From a virus, in IMG/VR virus record IMGVR_UViG_3300035698_013362, positions 18,919 through 82,918 of that record: a stretch of DNA of 64,000 nucleotides, one strand, 5' to 3'. How positions within the stretch are numbered: position 1 is the first letter of the stretch; each line of letters starts with the position of its first letter. This document shows positions 7,671 through 17,238 of the stretch, one piece after another. The notes below the pieces were generated by a model that saw only the letters and a program-made list of their open reading frames with translations, ran no database searches and was not told the DNA's origin. A program made the position numbers and the translations under genes.

Positions 7671-9954
7671 TAGATAAGGTTGAAGTGCCTTCTGATTTAG
7701 TGACCTTCATTACATGGTCAAATGTTTCGGTTAATTCTTCGAGTATCTCTGTTCTATGAGAGATAACAATACAACTTAAATTAGAATCTTTAGTCTTGTT
7801 CTTGAGGATGTTAATAACAGCGAATAAGGCATATCCATCAATTCCACTGTCAAGCACTTCATCAACAATCAAGAGGTTAGTAACGAATCCATTTGTACAA
7901 AGGATATCACGGAACGAAAGCATTACAGCCATATCTAATCGACGACGTTCACCACTAGAGAAATCGAAGTAATCACATTCACCTGTTATCGTGAAGAATT
8001 CGTATTCGAACTTGTCGTTGAAGATGACTGTGTAGTCAGTTCCCATTTCGGCAAGGTACTTTTTGATGAGGACGTTAAGTGAAGCCACGATATTAGACAC
8101 GATGTATCTCTTGACCCCGTTCTCGTCGTAGATGTTTGACAGTAGTTCATGTTTCCTTTGATCTTTAAATATTCCTTCAATGTTACCTAATGCATGATCA
8201 ACTTTCTTCTTTGCATCATTAACAAGATCCTTGAATGGATTTTCCTTTTCAAGAATTTTCTTTTGAACTTCTTCTAAATCAACCGCTTTATTGATAAGAT
8301 CGTATAGGTGATCATTATCGATATTAGCCTGATTGATCTGTGCAGTAAGCATATTCATTTCACCCATCATCTGGTTGATTTTAATAGCACGTTCCTGCTG
8401 AGCAGACATAACATCACTAATGGCTTCAAGATTCTCTTCACGAGCCTTAGTAATTAAACGAAGTTCAGTGTTTTTAATTTCTTGTTCGGCACTAGTTTCA
8501 GCACTAGTCACTTTAGCTTTTAAAACATCAAGGCCAGGTGAATCAATGAATCTAGTTAGCTTATTTTCTTTTTCAAGTAGATCAGCAATCTTAGGATCAA
8601 TTTCTCTTGCACGCTCACATAACGTGGAATATTCTTCAGTCAATAAACCTTCAGTTTGAAGCATTTCAGAATTAGCTTTGTTAAGCTTATCGTAAGCCTT
8701 TTGATCAAAGTCAAAATGTTTAGCAGTAGCTTTCTTGCACTCAGCACAAAGGATATCATATGTAACATCTAATTTCTTTTTGATAGCATCAAGAGCAATA
8801 ATCTGGCTACAAATATCAGAACGATGTTTAGAAACTTTCTTTAATTTGTCTTCATTTAAACTAGTAGCTTCAGATTGAATTCGTTCCTGATCTTCTTTAT
8901 GAGATTCAATTAAATCATTAATGATCGTAATAGCTTCTTCAGCTACTTTGACTTTAGCTTCAATTGCATCAATTTCAATTTGAACTTCAGCTTTAAGATC
9001 TTCTATTGCTGCATATTGTTCCTGTTGGAACTCAGCTAGATCATCAGTAATATCAGGTTCTTGAGCTTCAACTTCAGTTTGTTTTTCCTTTAGAACCTTA
9101 AGTTCAGCAGCAAATACATTAGTTTCAGCTTCAATTGTTTTTCTTTGAGTCTCTAATTTCTTAATATCTACTTTGTTCTTTTCGAGTTCCTTGATATCGG
9201 CTTTAATTGTTTTAATTTTTGCCAAATGGGAATCTGCTTCTGCTTTAATTTCGTCTGTGAACTGTTGTAATTTACTAGATAATCCCTTATGCGTTTCTCT
9301 GTGGTTCTCGAGGATCTCACGTTGTGCTCCTAGGTCCTTTTTTAAGGAACGAAGTTGTTTGCTAACTTCGGTATTGATTTCACCAAAGGCTTCGATCTTA
9401 AATAATGTATCTAAGTAAGATTCTTTAGTACCCTTTGGAAGTTGGAAAAAGTTCTGGATGTTATTAGTTGACAGAACAACTGAGTTACGGAATGTATCGA
9501 TATCAGTCTTAAGGATCTCGTCAGCAATATATTTAAGGGTATTAGCTTTAGTGCCAATAGTTTCATCGTTTTTAGGACAAACTTCACCTTTATAAAGTTC
9601 AGCAGCAATAGAGACATTGCCTGAACGAGCAGAACGGTTCAGGATGCAATGAACATTCCACTCTTGCATGTTAACTTCCATTTTGAGCTTAATCCATCCT
9701 ATGTTATCAGGGGACGCTCTATTGAAGATACGCTTATTATTAAATATATTAGAAGCTTTACCAAAGAGAACCATTAACAATGCATCAACAAATATAGCAG
9801 ATTTACCTACTCCATTCTTCAATTCAGGTATATCAAGGTTTTCACCTAATACATAAGTCATCCCAGCTAGATCCTCGAAGTTAACTACAACTTCTTCAGG
9901 CCCAATCGACTTATAGTTCTTCATCGCGATAGTTTTAAAATTAATCATGTTCAT
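7657..9954 (-). CDS. gp46: recombination ATPase gp46 (Rad50/SbcC)
   Basis: KNYKSIG, NGVGKS Walker A, long coiled coil with CAEC hook, FSSGE, IVDE, ISH. Confidence 0.95.
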   Translation of the reverse strand: MNMINFKTIAMKNYKSIGPEEVVVNFEDLAGMTYVLGENLDIPELKNGVGKSAIFVDALLMVLFGKASNIFNNKRIFNRASPDNIGWIKLKMEVNMQEWNVHCILNRSARSGNVSIAAELYKGEVCPKNDETIGTKANTLKYIADEILKTDIDTFRNSVVLSTNNIQNFFQLPKGTKESYLDTLFKIEAFGEINTEVSKQLRSLKKDLGAQREILENHRETHKGLSSKLQQFTDEIKAEADSHLAKIKTIKADIKELEKNKVDIKKLETQRKTIEAETNVFAAELKVLKEKQTEVEAQEPDITDDLAEFQQEQYAAIEDLKAEVQIEIDAIEAKVKVAEEAITIINDLIESHKEDQERIQSEATSLNEDKLKKVSKHRSDICSQIIALDAIKKKLDVTYDILCAECKKATAKHFDFDQKAYDKLNKANSEMLQTEGLLTEEYSTLCERAREIDPKIADLLEKENKLTRFIDSPGLDVLKAKVTSAETSAEQEIKNTELRLITKAREENLEAISDVMSAQQERAIKINQMMGEMNMLTAQINQANIDNDHLYDLINKAVDLEEVQKKILEKENPFKDLVNDAKKKVDHALGNIEGIFKDQRKHELLSNIYDENGVKRYIVSNIVASLNVLIKKYLAEMGTDYTVIFNDKFEYEFFTITGECDYFDFSSGERRRLDMAVMLSFRDILCTNGFVTNLLIVDEVLDSGIDGYALFAVINILKNKTKDSNLSCIVISHRTEILEELTETFDHVMKVTKSEGTSTLSNEQT

Positions 9955-10976
9955 ACGTTAGATTTCTCTTTGAATATTGCTATGGCTATAGGACGAATCA
10001 TCTTACGTTCATCATCCTCAATATCCATGTCATCAATGTATTTGTTAATTGCTTCTTCGTGTGACATTACAGAAACATCACCAAGCGTTGCTTGAATATT
10101 AGATAATTCCTTCTGGTATTGGTAATCCAGCTCAATGCTCTTAGGGCCCTGTGTTCCAAAGGCTTGAACAACCTTTACTACGCTGTCATATTCGTAGTCC
10201 GCATCAATGATGATTTTAAGATAATTATTGGATATCTGCTTTGTATCAAAGGTCTTGATTGTTGACCATCTGACTGGGATGTGTTTTGGTGAGAAGTCAT
10301 TTTCGTAAAAGGTAAATGAGCTATCATCCGTGTCGAAAACATAAAACCCTTTTGGATTGCCGACATCTCCCCAGTTCTGCTCGTTCGGGCAGCCTCCTGT
10401 AATAATTGTTCCAGTTTTAGTAGCATAGTCTTTCCTTATGTGAAAGTGGCCAGAGAAGATCTTCGGGGCAACGTCTGTCAACTGTTCCATGGTGTAAGCA
10501 CCTTGATGAACAGCTCCCACTAATGCAGCGCCGGTAAAGTCGAAGTGCCCAAATGCAGCGCTAAGATGCTTCTCTTTTTTGGGGCTGTATCCCCATGGAC
10601 ACAGAGCTAAAGTTTTACCATCCTTTTCGATTTCAGCATATTCTTTATACACTGAAACATTTTCAATTAGGGCAAACTGCTCTACAGAGTTAACATCGTT
10701 GGAATGTTTGTAATGACAATCATGATTACCAATGATAAAGTGAGTGTGTTCGAATAGAGCAGCAAATTTCTCTAATGCCCATCGAGCTCGTTCTTGAGTT
10801 CCTACAGAAAGGAAGTCACGTGAGTGGTTCCAATCTCCACCAAAAATTACTTCACGACAACCAAGCTTCTTCATCTGCTTGCCGTACTTGTGCATTACTT
10901 CCTCACAAGCTTTTACTTTGTCGTTATTATTTTTGTTGACACCCCAATGGATATCAGTGAAACACCCTATACGCAT
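9951..10976 (-). CDS. gp47: recombination nuclease gp47 (Mre11/SbcD)
   Basis: TDIHWG, GGD, GNHD, GHF, SGHFH metallophosphoesterase motifs. Confidence 0.95.
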   Translation of the reverse strand: MRIGCFTDIHWGVNKNNNDKVKACEEVMHKYGKQMKKLGCREVIFGGDWNHSRDFLSVGTQERARWALEKFAALFEHTHFIIGNHDCHYKHSNDVNSVEQFALIENVSVYKEYAEIEKDGKTLALCPWGYSPKKEKHLSAAFGHFDFTGAALVGAVHQGAYTMEQLTDVAPKIFSGHFHIRKDYATKTGTIITGGCPNEQNWGDVGNPKGFYVFDTDDSSFTFYENDFSPKHIPVRWSTIKTFDTKQISNNYLKIIIDADYEYDSVVKVVQAFGTQGPKSIELDYQYQKELSNIQATLGDVSVMSHEEAINKYIDDMDIEDDERKMIRPIAIAIFKEKSNV

Positions 10977-11076
10977 AATTATACTCCAATTAAAGGATAA
11001 ATAATTATAGAATTAAAGGAGATGTAATGTATCATATAATCTATAGATCCCACTTTGATAATTGCAAGTTTAAATA

Positions 11077-11814
11077 TTAATCACTTCCTACTTGTTCGGG
11101 GTCAAATCCCATATCCATATCACCTTCTGATGGACTACGGTTTGATATACATTCGGCAGATTCAAATTCAGAGTAACACTCTTCTCTATATTCATTAAGG
11201 CCGTTATCATTTTTGTTTTCTTTGATAGAACGACTTAGATATACTCGATGAGCAATCATTGTGAGATAAGAGAATGGATTAGTTTTCTTGAATTGGAATT
11301 GAGTGAGGTCTATGTTCTTAATTTCAGGTTTGTAATGTCGAACGATTTCTTTAATTTTAGCATCTGGATCGTTAGGGTCTTCTGCATCAACATATTCTTC
11401 ACGCTCAGTAAACATTTTGATGTTACATGTTTCAGATCCAAGATCATGTTTAGTGATAACACAATCTGCCCAATCAGTCACCTTTTCTTCAGGATTCTCG
11501 GCGTCATACATAACGCTGTATTTGATAACAGCATCCTTTTTATAATCACGATGACATAATGAGGTTAAATCTGAGGGATCAGTGGTATCAATAAGATAGA
11601 GGTTTTTATACATTCGTACAACAGCATCACCTGCCATATCATCACGATATGTACGTCTATCCCATTTAGAACCTGCCGCAAGACCGTAAGCGATTTGAAT
11701 CAACATTTCGCCTAATCTTTCTGATGCTTCTCCAGTCGTTTTATAGTCAAGGATCTCAACTCTCAAGTCTTCTGGTTGGATGTAATACTTCTTACGGGGT
11801 TTCTTTTTTTCCAT
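11077..11814 (-). CDS. gp55: late sigma factor gp55 with ~95-aa insertion
   Basis: YI....L...I, LGEM...IA.GL, YRDDM..DA, NPFSYLT.I....Y...I.KE; adjacent to gp47. Confidence 0.85.
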   Translation of the reverse strand: MEKKKPRKKYYIQPEDLRVEILDYKTTGEASERLGEMLIQIAYGLAAGSKWDRRTYRDDMAGDAVVRMYKNLYLIDTTDPSDLTSLCHRDYKKDAVIKYSVMYDAENPEEKVTDWADCVITKHDLGSETCNIKMFTEREEYVDAEDPNDPDAKIKEIVRHYKPEIKNIDLTQFQFKKTNPFSYLTMIAHRVYLSRSIKENKNDNGLNEYREECYSEFESAECISNRSPSEGDMDMGFDPEQVGSD

Positions 11815-11830
11815 AAGAATATTATAGAAT

Positions 11831-12361
11831 TTACTTAGTCAATAATTTAGCACCAACAATCGTATAAGAAGCATATGAGTAGTTGCCTCCACCTGCTAAA
11901 GTAGCATTCAATTGTAGGTTAAGTTCTGCAACACCTACACCATACTGATTAGGCTTAACAGGTATAAAGCACATAGTATCAGAAATTTCGGACTGGCTGT
12001 CATTTTCTCCACCAAATCCAGAGACAATTTGATAAGCTCCTACATCCCAAGGATATGATGCACGTAGACCTACCGTTGCACCATTATCGTTTGTTGCAGC
12101 TCTTTGCTTAACCCAAATACCTCGGATATTAGAAGTACTACCTGAAGAAAGGGTAAAATTACTTAAATTATAAAGCCATTCAGATACTACACCAGTGCTA
12201 ACAGCTTGGCTTAAAGCTCCACCATTATCTGTTGTTGCTGTAATGGCTACATGTTCTTCATCTGGATTAACAAATGAAGTGTTACCAGCATTATCAATGT
12301 AGATATATTTACCGTAATCGGCTTCTTCTACTTTTATAGATTGTATAATTTTCTTAGTCAT
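11831..12361 (-). CDS. virion structural protein (fibre-associated, putative)
   Basis: Beta-rich ORF coupled to the upstream fibre gene. Confidence 0.55.
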   Translation of the reverse strand: MTKKIIQSIKVEEADYGKYIYIDNAGNTSFVNPDEEHVAITATTDNGGALSQAVSTGVVSEWLYNLSNFTLSSGSTSNIRGIWVKQRAATNDNGATVGLRASYPWDVGAYQIVSGFGGENDSQSEISDTMCFIPVKPNQYGVGVAELNLQLNATLAGGGNYSYASYTIVGAKLLTK

Positions 12362-13791
12362 TATTCAAATACCCTCTGTACTGCTCCAAATATGTTAAAT
12401 GATATTGATGAACCACCACCATATAGTATGGTTAAATCAATAGAAGTTTGTCCTTTGTTAATAGGGACCATTGTTGTTGTGTAATCATTAATAGCATCTC
12501 CATTACCACCTGCATATGCGCCACCGATTTTATACATGTTGTTATCTGGATATTCAGCTTGAACATAACATACTTCGTTATTCGTTGAAGATACAACATT
12601 AATGTATAGAGCTCTAATTTGAGTAGTATCTAAACCAACTCCAACAAAATCAGCGATGTCATATGTCCAAGTATTGTTTGAGTTAGATTTAACTAAAGCT
12701 TCAGTACCAGCACTTAAGCTAACAAATTGTTGATCCATCGAATGAATCTGAGCAATATTTGCAGCTTTTTCAGTAGAAGGTGTAACACTATCTTTAAACT
12801 CGGCATTAGAGGCGAATGGGACAGCATAATTATCCATGTAGTACTTTAGCTGATAAGGATTTATACAAACATCAGTTGCGTCTCCTGCAAGAGCTTCAGG
12901 ATAAGTAGCTATACGGATTATGCCTTTAGTTATTTCAGAAGCATCAGGAACGTTATCAATAGTAACATCATATGGCTGAAGCATTAAATCATCAGTAGTA
13001 ACTTCACGAATTTCAATACCAGAACCTGGTACTAAACTAGTATCAATATGTTCCCAAGTACCATCACCTGAAACCGTTACCCATCCAATAGAAGAATCAG
13101 AAAGTAATACAGTACGAAGATGGATTGTTGCATTAATTTCATCAACGTAATTAGATTTTAATGAAGCTTCTTGACCATTGATCTTATCAGTTCCATTAGG
13201 AACGATATAAGCAGTAGTTGAAGTGTTGAATTTAGTTACTGAAACCTGTTGTCCTATTTGAGATGTATTAGGAAGAAGTACCTTACCTGTTGCTTCAAGG
13301 AATACGTTAGTAATATAACCAACAGAGAAATCACCTGGATAAGCATTAATCCACTTACTATATTCATCAAAATACATAAGCGATTGTAGGTTAATAGGGG
13401 CATTGATGTTAGTATCGTCAAGGTCTGTAAGAGATGATACAAAGTCCTTTGAGATAAATGCACTTGAAGCGGCATTCCAAACAAGACCCTGATTGTTTTC
13501 AATGGTGATTTCAGTAGCATCAACATCTGACAATCCAAAGATAGTATCGGAAAGGCCAAGAGTAGTTTTAACAGCATCAGAATCAGCCCAAGTATATTCA
13601 GTAGGGCTAATTGAAATAAGGATAGAGTTAGCAACAAGTGGCAAATCAACAGCATTAAGAGAATTCAAATCGGCAAGATAATTGTCGTTATAGAATAGTC
13701 TCAATATAGCACGGTTAATAGTATTAGCATTAACATACTCGTTGGCGAATAATTTTACGTCGTTTGCTTCATTGTATGGTAAAGTTGGCAT
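12361..13791 (-). CDS. baseplate/short tail fibre protein (gp10/gp12-like)
   Basis: LSDVD/LTDLDD fibre repeats, gp9/10-like LP...GQ.V.V..NGTDKING segment, DASEITKGIIRIAT fibre repeat; late promoter at 13814-13821. Confidence 0.65.
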   Translation of the reverse strand: MPTLPYNEANDVKLFANEYVNANTINRAILRLFYNDNYLADLNSLNAVDLPLVANSILISISPTEYTWADSDAVKTTLGLSDTIFGLSDVDATEITIENNQGLVWNAASSAFISKDFVSSLTDLDDTNINAPINLQSLMYFDEYSKWINAYPGDFSVGYITNVFLEATGKVLLPNTSQIGQQVSVTKFNTSTTAYIVPNGTDKINGQEASLKSNYVDEINATIHLRTVLLSDSSIGWVTVSGDGTWEHIDTSLVPGSGIEIREVTTDDLMLQPYDVTIDNVPDASEITKGIIRIATYPEALAGDATDVCINPYQLKYYMDNYAVPFASNAEFKDSVTPSTEKAANIAQIHSMDQQFVSLSAGTEALVKSNSNNTWTYDIADFVGVGLDTTQIRALYINVVSSTNNEVCYVQAEYPDNNMYKIGGAYAGGNGDAINDYTTTMVPINKGQTSIDLTILYGGGSSISFNIFGAVQRVFE

Positions 13792-13816
13792 ATAGTTTAG
13801 TCTCGGTTTAAGTTAT

Positions 13817-14866
13817 TTATTGATCTACGTATTCAATCTTCCAAAGCTGAGTATGAGCAGGAGCAATTTTTGTCATTAAGTTAAATAATGACTTTTCGAA
13901 TATTGAACGAAGTTTGGTATAGATTTCACCTTCAAGATTAAGTCCAGAGTTATGAATACGAATGCTGTACACATTAGACTTATGTCCTTCGGCTTCACCT
14001 TTGTATTTACTTACTCCTTCGAAGTGTTCAACAGTTTCGTAATTACGAGTAAGATATTCATTAGGGCCTGTATCTGATTGATCAACTTTATAGCTTAACC
14101 ATAAGTTATCACCACTACGACCAACTTGCTGGTAACGTCTCCATGCAGTAAATTCACCAGAGTCATCAATGAAAACGTTGTAATCATTTTTAAGGTGGTT
14201 CTTTGTTTTGAATGGATTTACATTAACGAATCCAGCTTTACCTTTATTCTGTCCATATGTTAAATCTGACTCTAGGATATATGAATATGGAAGAGATGTA
14301 GGAGTTCTGGCAATTTCGATACCTGGAGCAATAGTAGTATATTCATCACCAATAAAGGTTTTATCTATACCATCCACGTTAGCACTACCGAATACCTTTT
14401 CAAGTTCAGCATAAATTTCACCATCAGTCATCGTAGGAGTAATGTTAATGGCAGCAAATTGAGAATCATCATAACGAATTACTGTATTGTTTACCTCTTG
14501 ATAGCGATCAAATAATTTAAATGGTTCTTCAAGGGATAAAGTACCAGAAGCTTCATTTGTTAGAGAGAAATCAAATCCATCGAACTGACAGAAATCACGT
14601 TGACGGACAATAGGCATTCTAAATGAGTTATCTTCTCCTGCACCTGAATAATAAAAATGATTTACGGAGTCTACGTCATATAAAGTATTGTTATTATACT
14701 TATGGAGGGTCCCTGTGTTTTCACCAGTAGTATCTTCATTCTTATTGGTTAACACTACGACATCTTCAAACCCAATTTCTGATCCACTAAGATCATCATT
14801 CTGAATTCTTACTTTGAACTTACGCTGTCCTGGGCCAGCTGATAATTTGTCAAGAAATAGTTTCAT
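13817..14866 (-). CDS. baseplate wedge protein fragment (gp7-like C-terminal, putative)
   Basis: ATG directly after upstream TAA; C-terminal KIAPAHT resembles the wedge-protein P(A/V)G/H motif; synteny. Confidence 0.5.
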   Translation of the reverse strand: MKLFLDKLSAGPGQRKFKVRIQNDDLSGSEIGFEDVVVLTNKNEDTTGENTGTLHKYNNNTLYDVDSVNHFYYSGAGEDNSFRMPIVRQRDFCQFDGFDFSLTNEASGTLSLEEPFKLFDRYQEVNNTVIRYDDSQFAAINITPTMTDGEIYAELEKVFGSANVDGIDKTFIGDEYTTIAPGIEIARTPTSLPYSYILESDLTYGQNKGKAGFVNVNPFKTKNHLKNDYNVFIDDSGEFTAWRRYQQVGRSGDNLWLSYKVDQSDTGPNEYLTRNYETVEHFEGVSKYKGEAEGHKSNVYSIRIHNSGLNLEGEIYTKLRSIFEKSLFNLMTKIAPAHTQLWKIEYVDQ

Positions 14867-14867
14867 A

Positions 14868-15827
14868 TTATAGTAATGTGTATTTTTGTCCAATATTAGT
14901 AAAGCGAAGTGCAATACCAAGTTTTCGATATCCATTAGGACATCCACTAATAAGATGTTCATCATCAAATTCGATTGATCGACCTACACCGAACGAGGAC
15001 GTAAGAGGATCGCTTATAGTGTATGTAAGCTCTGAAGTAGTCGTATCAACTTTATATATCTTAACAGTATCATTATACGGCGTTCCTACGGCCACTGAGC
15101 CATCATGTATTTTTATATCACACTGTGTTCCAACATGAGTATTCGAGATAAGCACTTCTTTCGTTATATTATCTCTATTTGTATTTATTTCAAAAAACTT
15201 AACATATCCACGTTTAGAAGATGATCCTGATGGAGCAGTACCAATAGCAACCTGATTGTTGTAAATATCGATATAGTTTCCAAATCTGGCTCCATTAACA
15301 TCAGAACTTGGAGCAAATGTATAAGTCAATTCGTATTCAGATCCATTATGCTTATAAACATATGCACGACCTGAATTTTTAGTTATAACCGACCCATTGT
15401 TAGTTGTGTATCCAGGGGCACCTACAATAAAGAAGTCATCTCCAGCTACAAGTTCGTATCCAAAGTTACTTTCTTTTGTTACATAGTTAGAGTTACCACT
15501 TACCGTAAATTCACCTGGGGTATTGTCTGGTGTAATTGTCTGGATAAGGGATCCATCATCAAGATCGAAGATATAAACTGATCCAAGATTTTTATTTTCC
15601 CACATAGGATCATCATCTTCAAGTGGTTCCATATAAGGACAACCAATAAAGAGGTGATTACCAATTATATCAAATGAAGCTCCGAAGTTTAGGTTATCCC
15701 CTATATTGATATTACCATCTTCAGTTAGATAATCAATAATAGAGTAAATAGATACGTAATCATATTCTTCAGTTACATCATTTTTCTTGTAGATCGCAAC
15801 AGATCCAATATTTTGAATGTTAGCCAT
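14868..15827 (-). CDS. FG-GAP repeat beta-propeller virion protein
   Basis: NFGASFDI.GNHLFIGCP, NFGYELVAGDDFFIVGAP, RFGNYIDI repeats, each followed by G.VYIF/GRAYVY. Confidence 0.75.
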   Translation of the reverse strand: MANIQNIGSVAIYKKNDVTEEYDYVSIYSIIDYLTEDGNINIGDNLNFGASFDIIGNHLFIGCPYMEPLEDDDPMWENKNLGSVYIFDLDDGSLIQTITPDNTPGEFTVSGNSNYVTKESNFGYELVAGDDFFIVGAPGYTTNNGSVITKNSGRAYVYKHNGSEYELTYTFAPSSDVNGARFGNYIDIYNNQVAIGTAPSGSSSKRGYVKFFEINTNRDNITKEVLISNTHVGTQCDIKIHDGSVAVGTPYNDTVKIYKVDTTTSELTYTISDPLTSSFGVGRSIEFDDEHLISGCPNGYRKLGIALRFTNIGQKYTLL

Positions 15828-15838
15828 AAATTATTCCA

Positions 15839-16054
15839 TTAAGGGTAAGGACTTCCGTCGCCACCATCGTTGCCACCTGGTAAGGTTGGATCTCCTGAGA
15901 TAATCGAGTTACCAGGGTTCCAGACCATCAGATAGTCACCTTTCAATTTAACTTTCTTGCCGAAGTTCTGTGTATAGTTGGTTCTGAAATACCAATAGCC
16001 ATCAGTATCCTGCTCAACTACATAAACAACTCCACCAATAGTAATATTAGTCAT
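15839..16054 (-). CDS. small ORF carrying the first half of an FG-GAP repeat
   Basis: NFGKKVKLKGDYLMVWNP; ATGACTAA coupling to the upstream gene. Confidence 0.55.
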   Translation of the reverse strand: MTNITIGGVVYVVEQDTDGYWYFRTNYTQNFGKKVKLKGDYLMVWNPGNSIISGDPTLPGGNDGGDGSPYP

Positions 16055-17216
16055 AATATCTGTTCCAAGATTTTCTTATTCTTAGACCTTTAAGCAAGTT
16101 GCTAGAAAAGTCTTGTGGGTTAGCAAATACTGCTCTCCAAAAAGCTTTAGTGTCATCTGTGTTACTAAGAAGTGCAATAGTATTCCAATCACTTGAAGCA
16201 AAATCATTAGGAGTAAACGTTGCAATGTAATCAGAGTAGAAATTACCAGCTGTATATGTTTGAGCTACTGATTTAGCTGAATATGGATCTCCAGTAATAT
16301 TAATATTGGTTTGATCGAGGGCTCCTGAGTATTCACCTAGGGCAACTTTAGCTGCATTTGTTGTAACACATTCCATAAATGTAGAATTGTCTGTAGGCGC
16401 TACTGTAAGTCCATTAGCATCGATAGATGACCAATAAGCTACTGTATTATAAGAAACAGAACCCATAAGGTTCATAATATCAAAGTCTTCAGTTATACCT
16501 GCAATAATAGGAGTAGTAATTGTTTCAGCTGTAAGATCGACCTTACGACTCATAGTTACTTCAACGATAGGTTGAGTTCCACCAGTAATTTCAATATCTA
16601 GTACTTTACGTCCAAAGATCTGGCTACCTGGAGCAGAAAGTGGTGTCCACCCAGCTCCTTTGTATGTAATATCAACTGGTTCAATTGGAAATGCTACAGT
16701 TCGTTTGTTAGTGATCGTAAGAACATCAGCTGCTACGTTCCATGTGTTTTCGTTTGCACCACCAAATGTTTCATATGTGTTTGATGCAACAGCAAATCCA
16801 TCCATTAGAGTTTCTTCAACATAATAGATTGTACAAGGTTGAGCAGATACTGTTTTATTGTCTAAAGCCGTTCCAGTAACTGAATCTGTATAATTAGTGA
16901 TTACTGCTTGTGATCCATCATCCCAAACAAGTAAACGAGTGTTTACAGCATCAGCTTCAAGGAAAAATGGATCAACACTAATAAGATCATTACCACTCTG
17001 AGAAATGTTAATAGTACCAGAGTAACGAGCATTAACACCACCACCAGTTTCAAGATACACATATTCAGTACATTGAGTTGCCCAGTAATCAGAAAGCATA
17101 TCCAATCCGTTATTATTGATTAGGTTATGATCCTTTTTAGACTTCCATTCGATATCCTGTGTTACAGGATCCTTCTGTCCATATCGTACTTCTATTTTAA
17201 AATTTGAGTTAGTCAT
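16047..17216 (-). CDS. virion structural protein (putative)
   Basis: AGGA SD and ATAAATA late promoter upstream; beta-rich; HNLINNNGLD motif. Confidence 0.65.
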   Translation of the reverse strand: MTNSNFKIEVRYGQKDPVTQDIEWKSKKDHNLINNNGLDMLSDYWATQCTEYVYLETGGGVNARYSGTINISQSGNDLISVDPFFLEADAVNTRLLVWDDGSQAVITNYTDSVTGTALDNKTVSAQPCTIYYVEETLMDGFAVASNTYETFGGANENTWNVAADVLTITNKRTVAFPIEPVDITYKGAGWTPLSAPGSQIFGRKVLDIEITGGTQPIVEVTMSRKVDLTAETITTPIIAGITEDFDIMNLMGSVSYNTVAYWSSIDANGLTVAPTDNSTFMECVTTNAAKVALGEYSGALDQTNINITGDPYSAKSVAQTYTAGNFYSDYIATFTPNDFASSDWNTIALLSNTDDTKAFWRAVFANPQDFSSNLLKGLRIRKSWNRYYD

Positions 17217-17238
17217 ATTGGTTTCCTAAATATATTTA

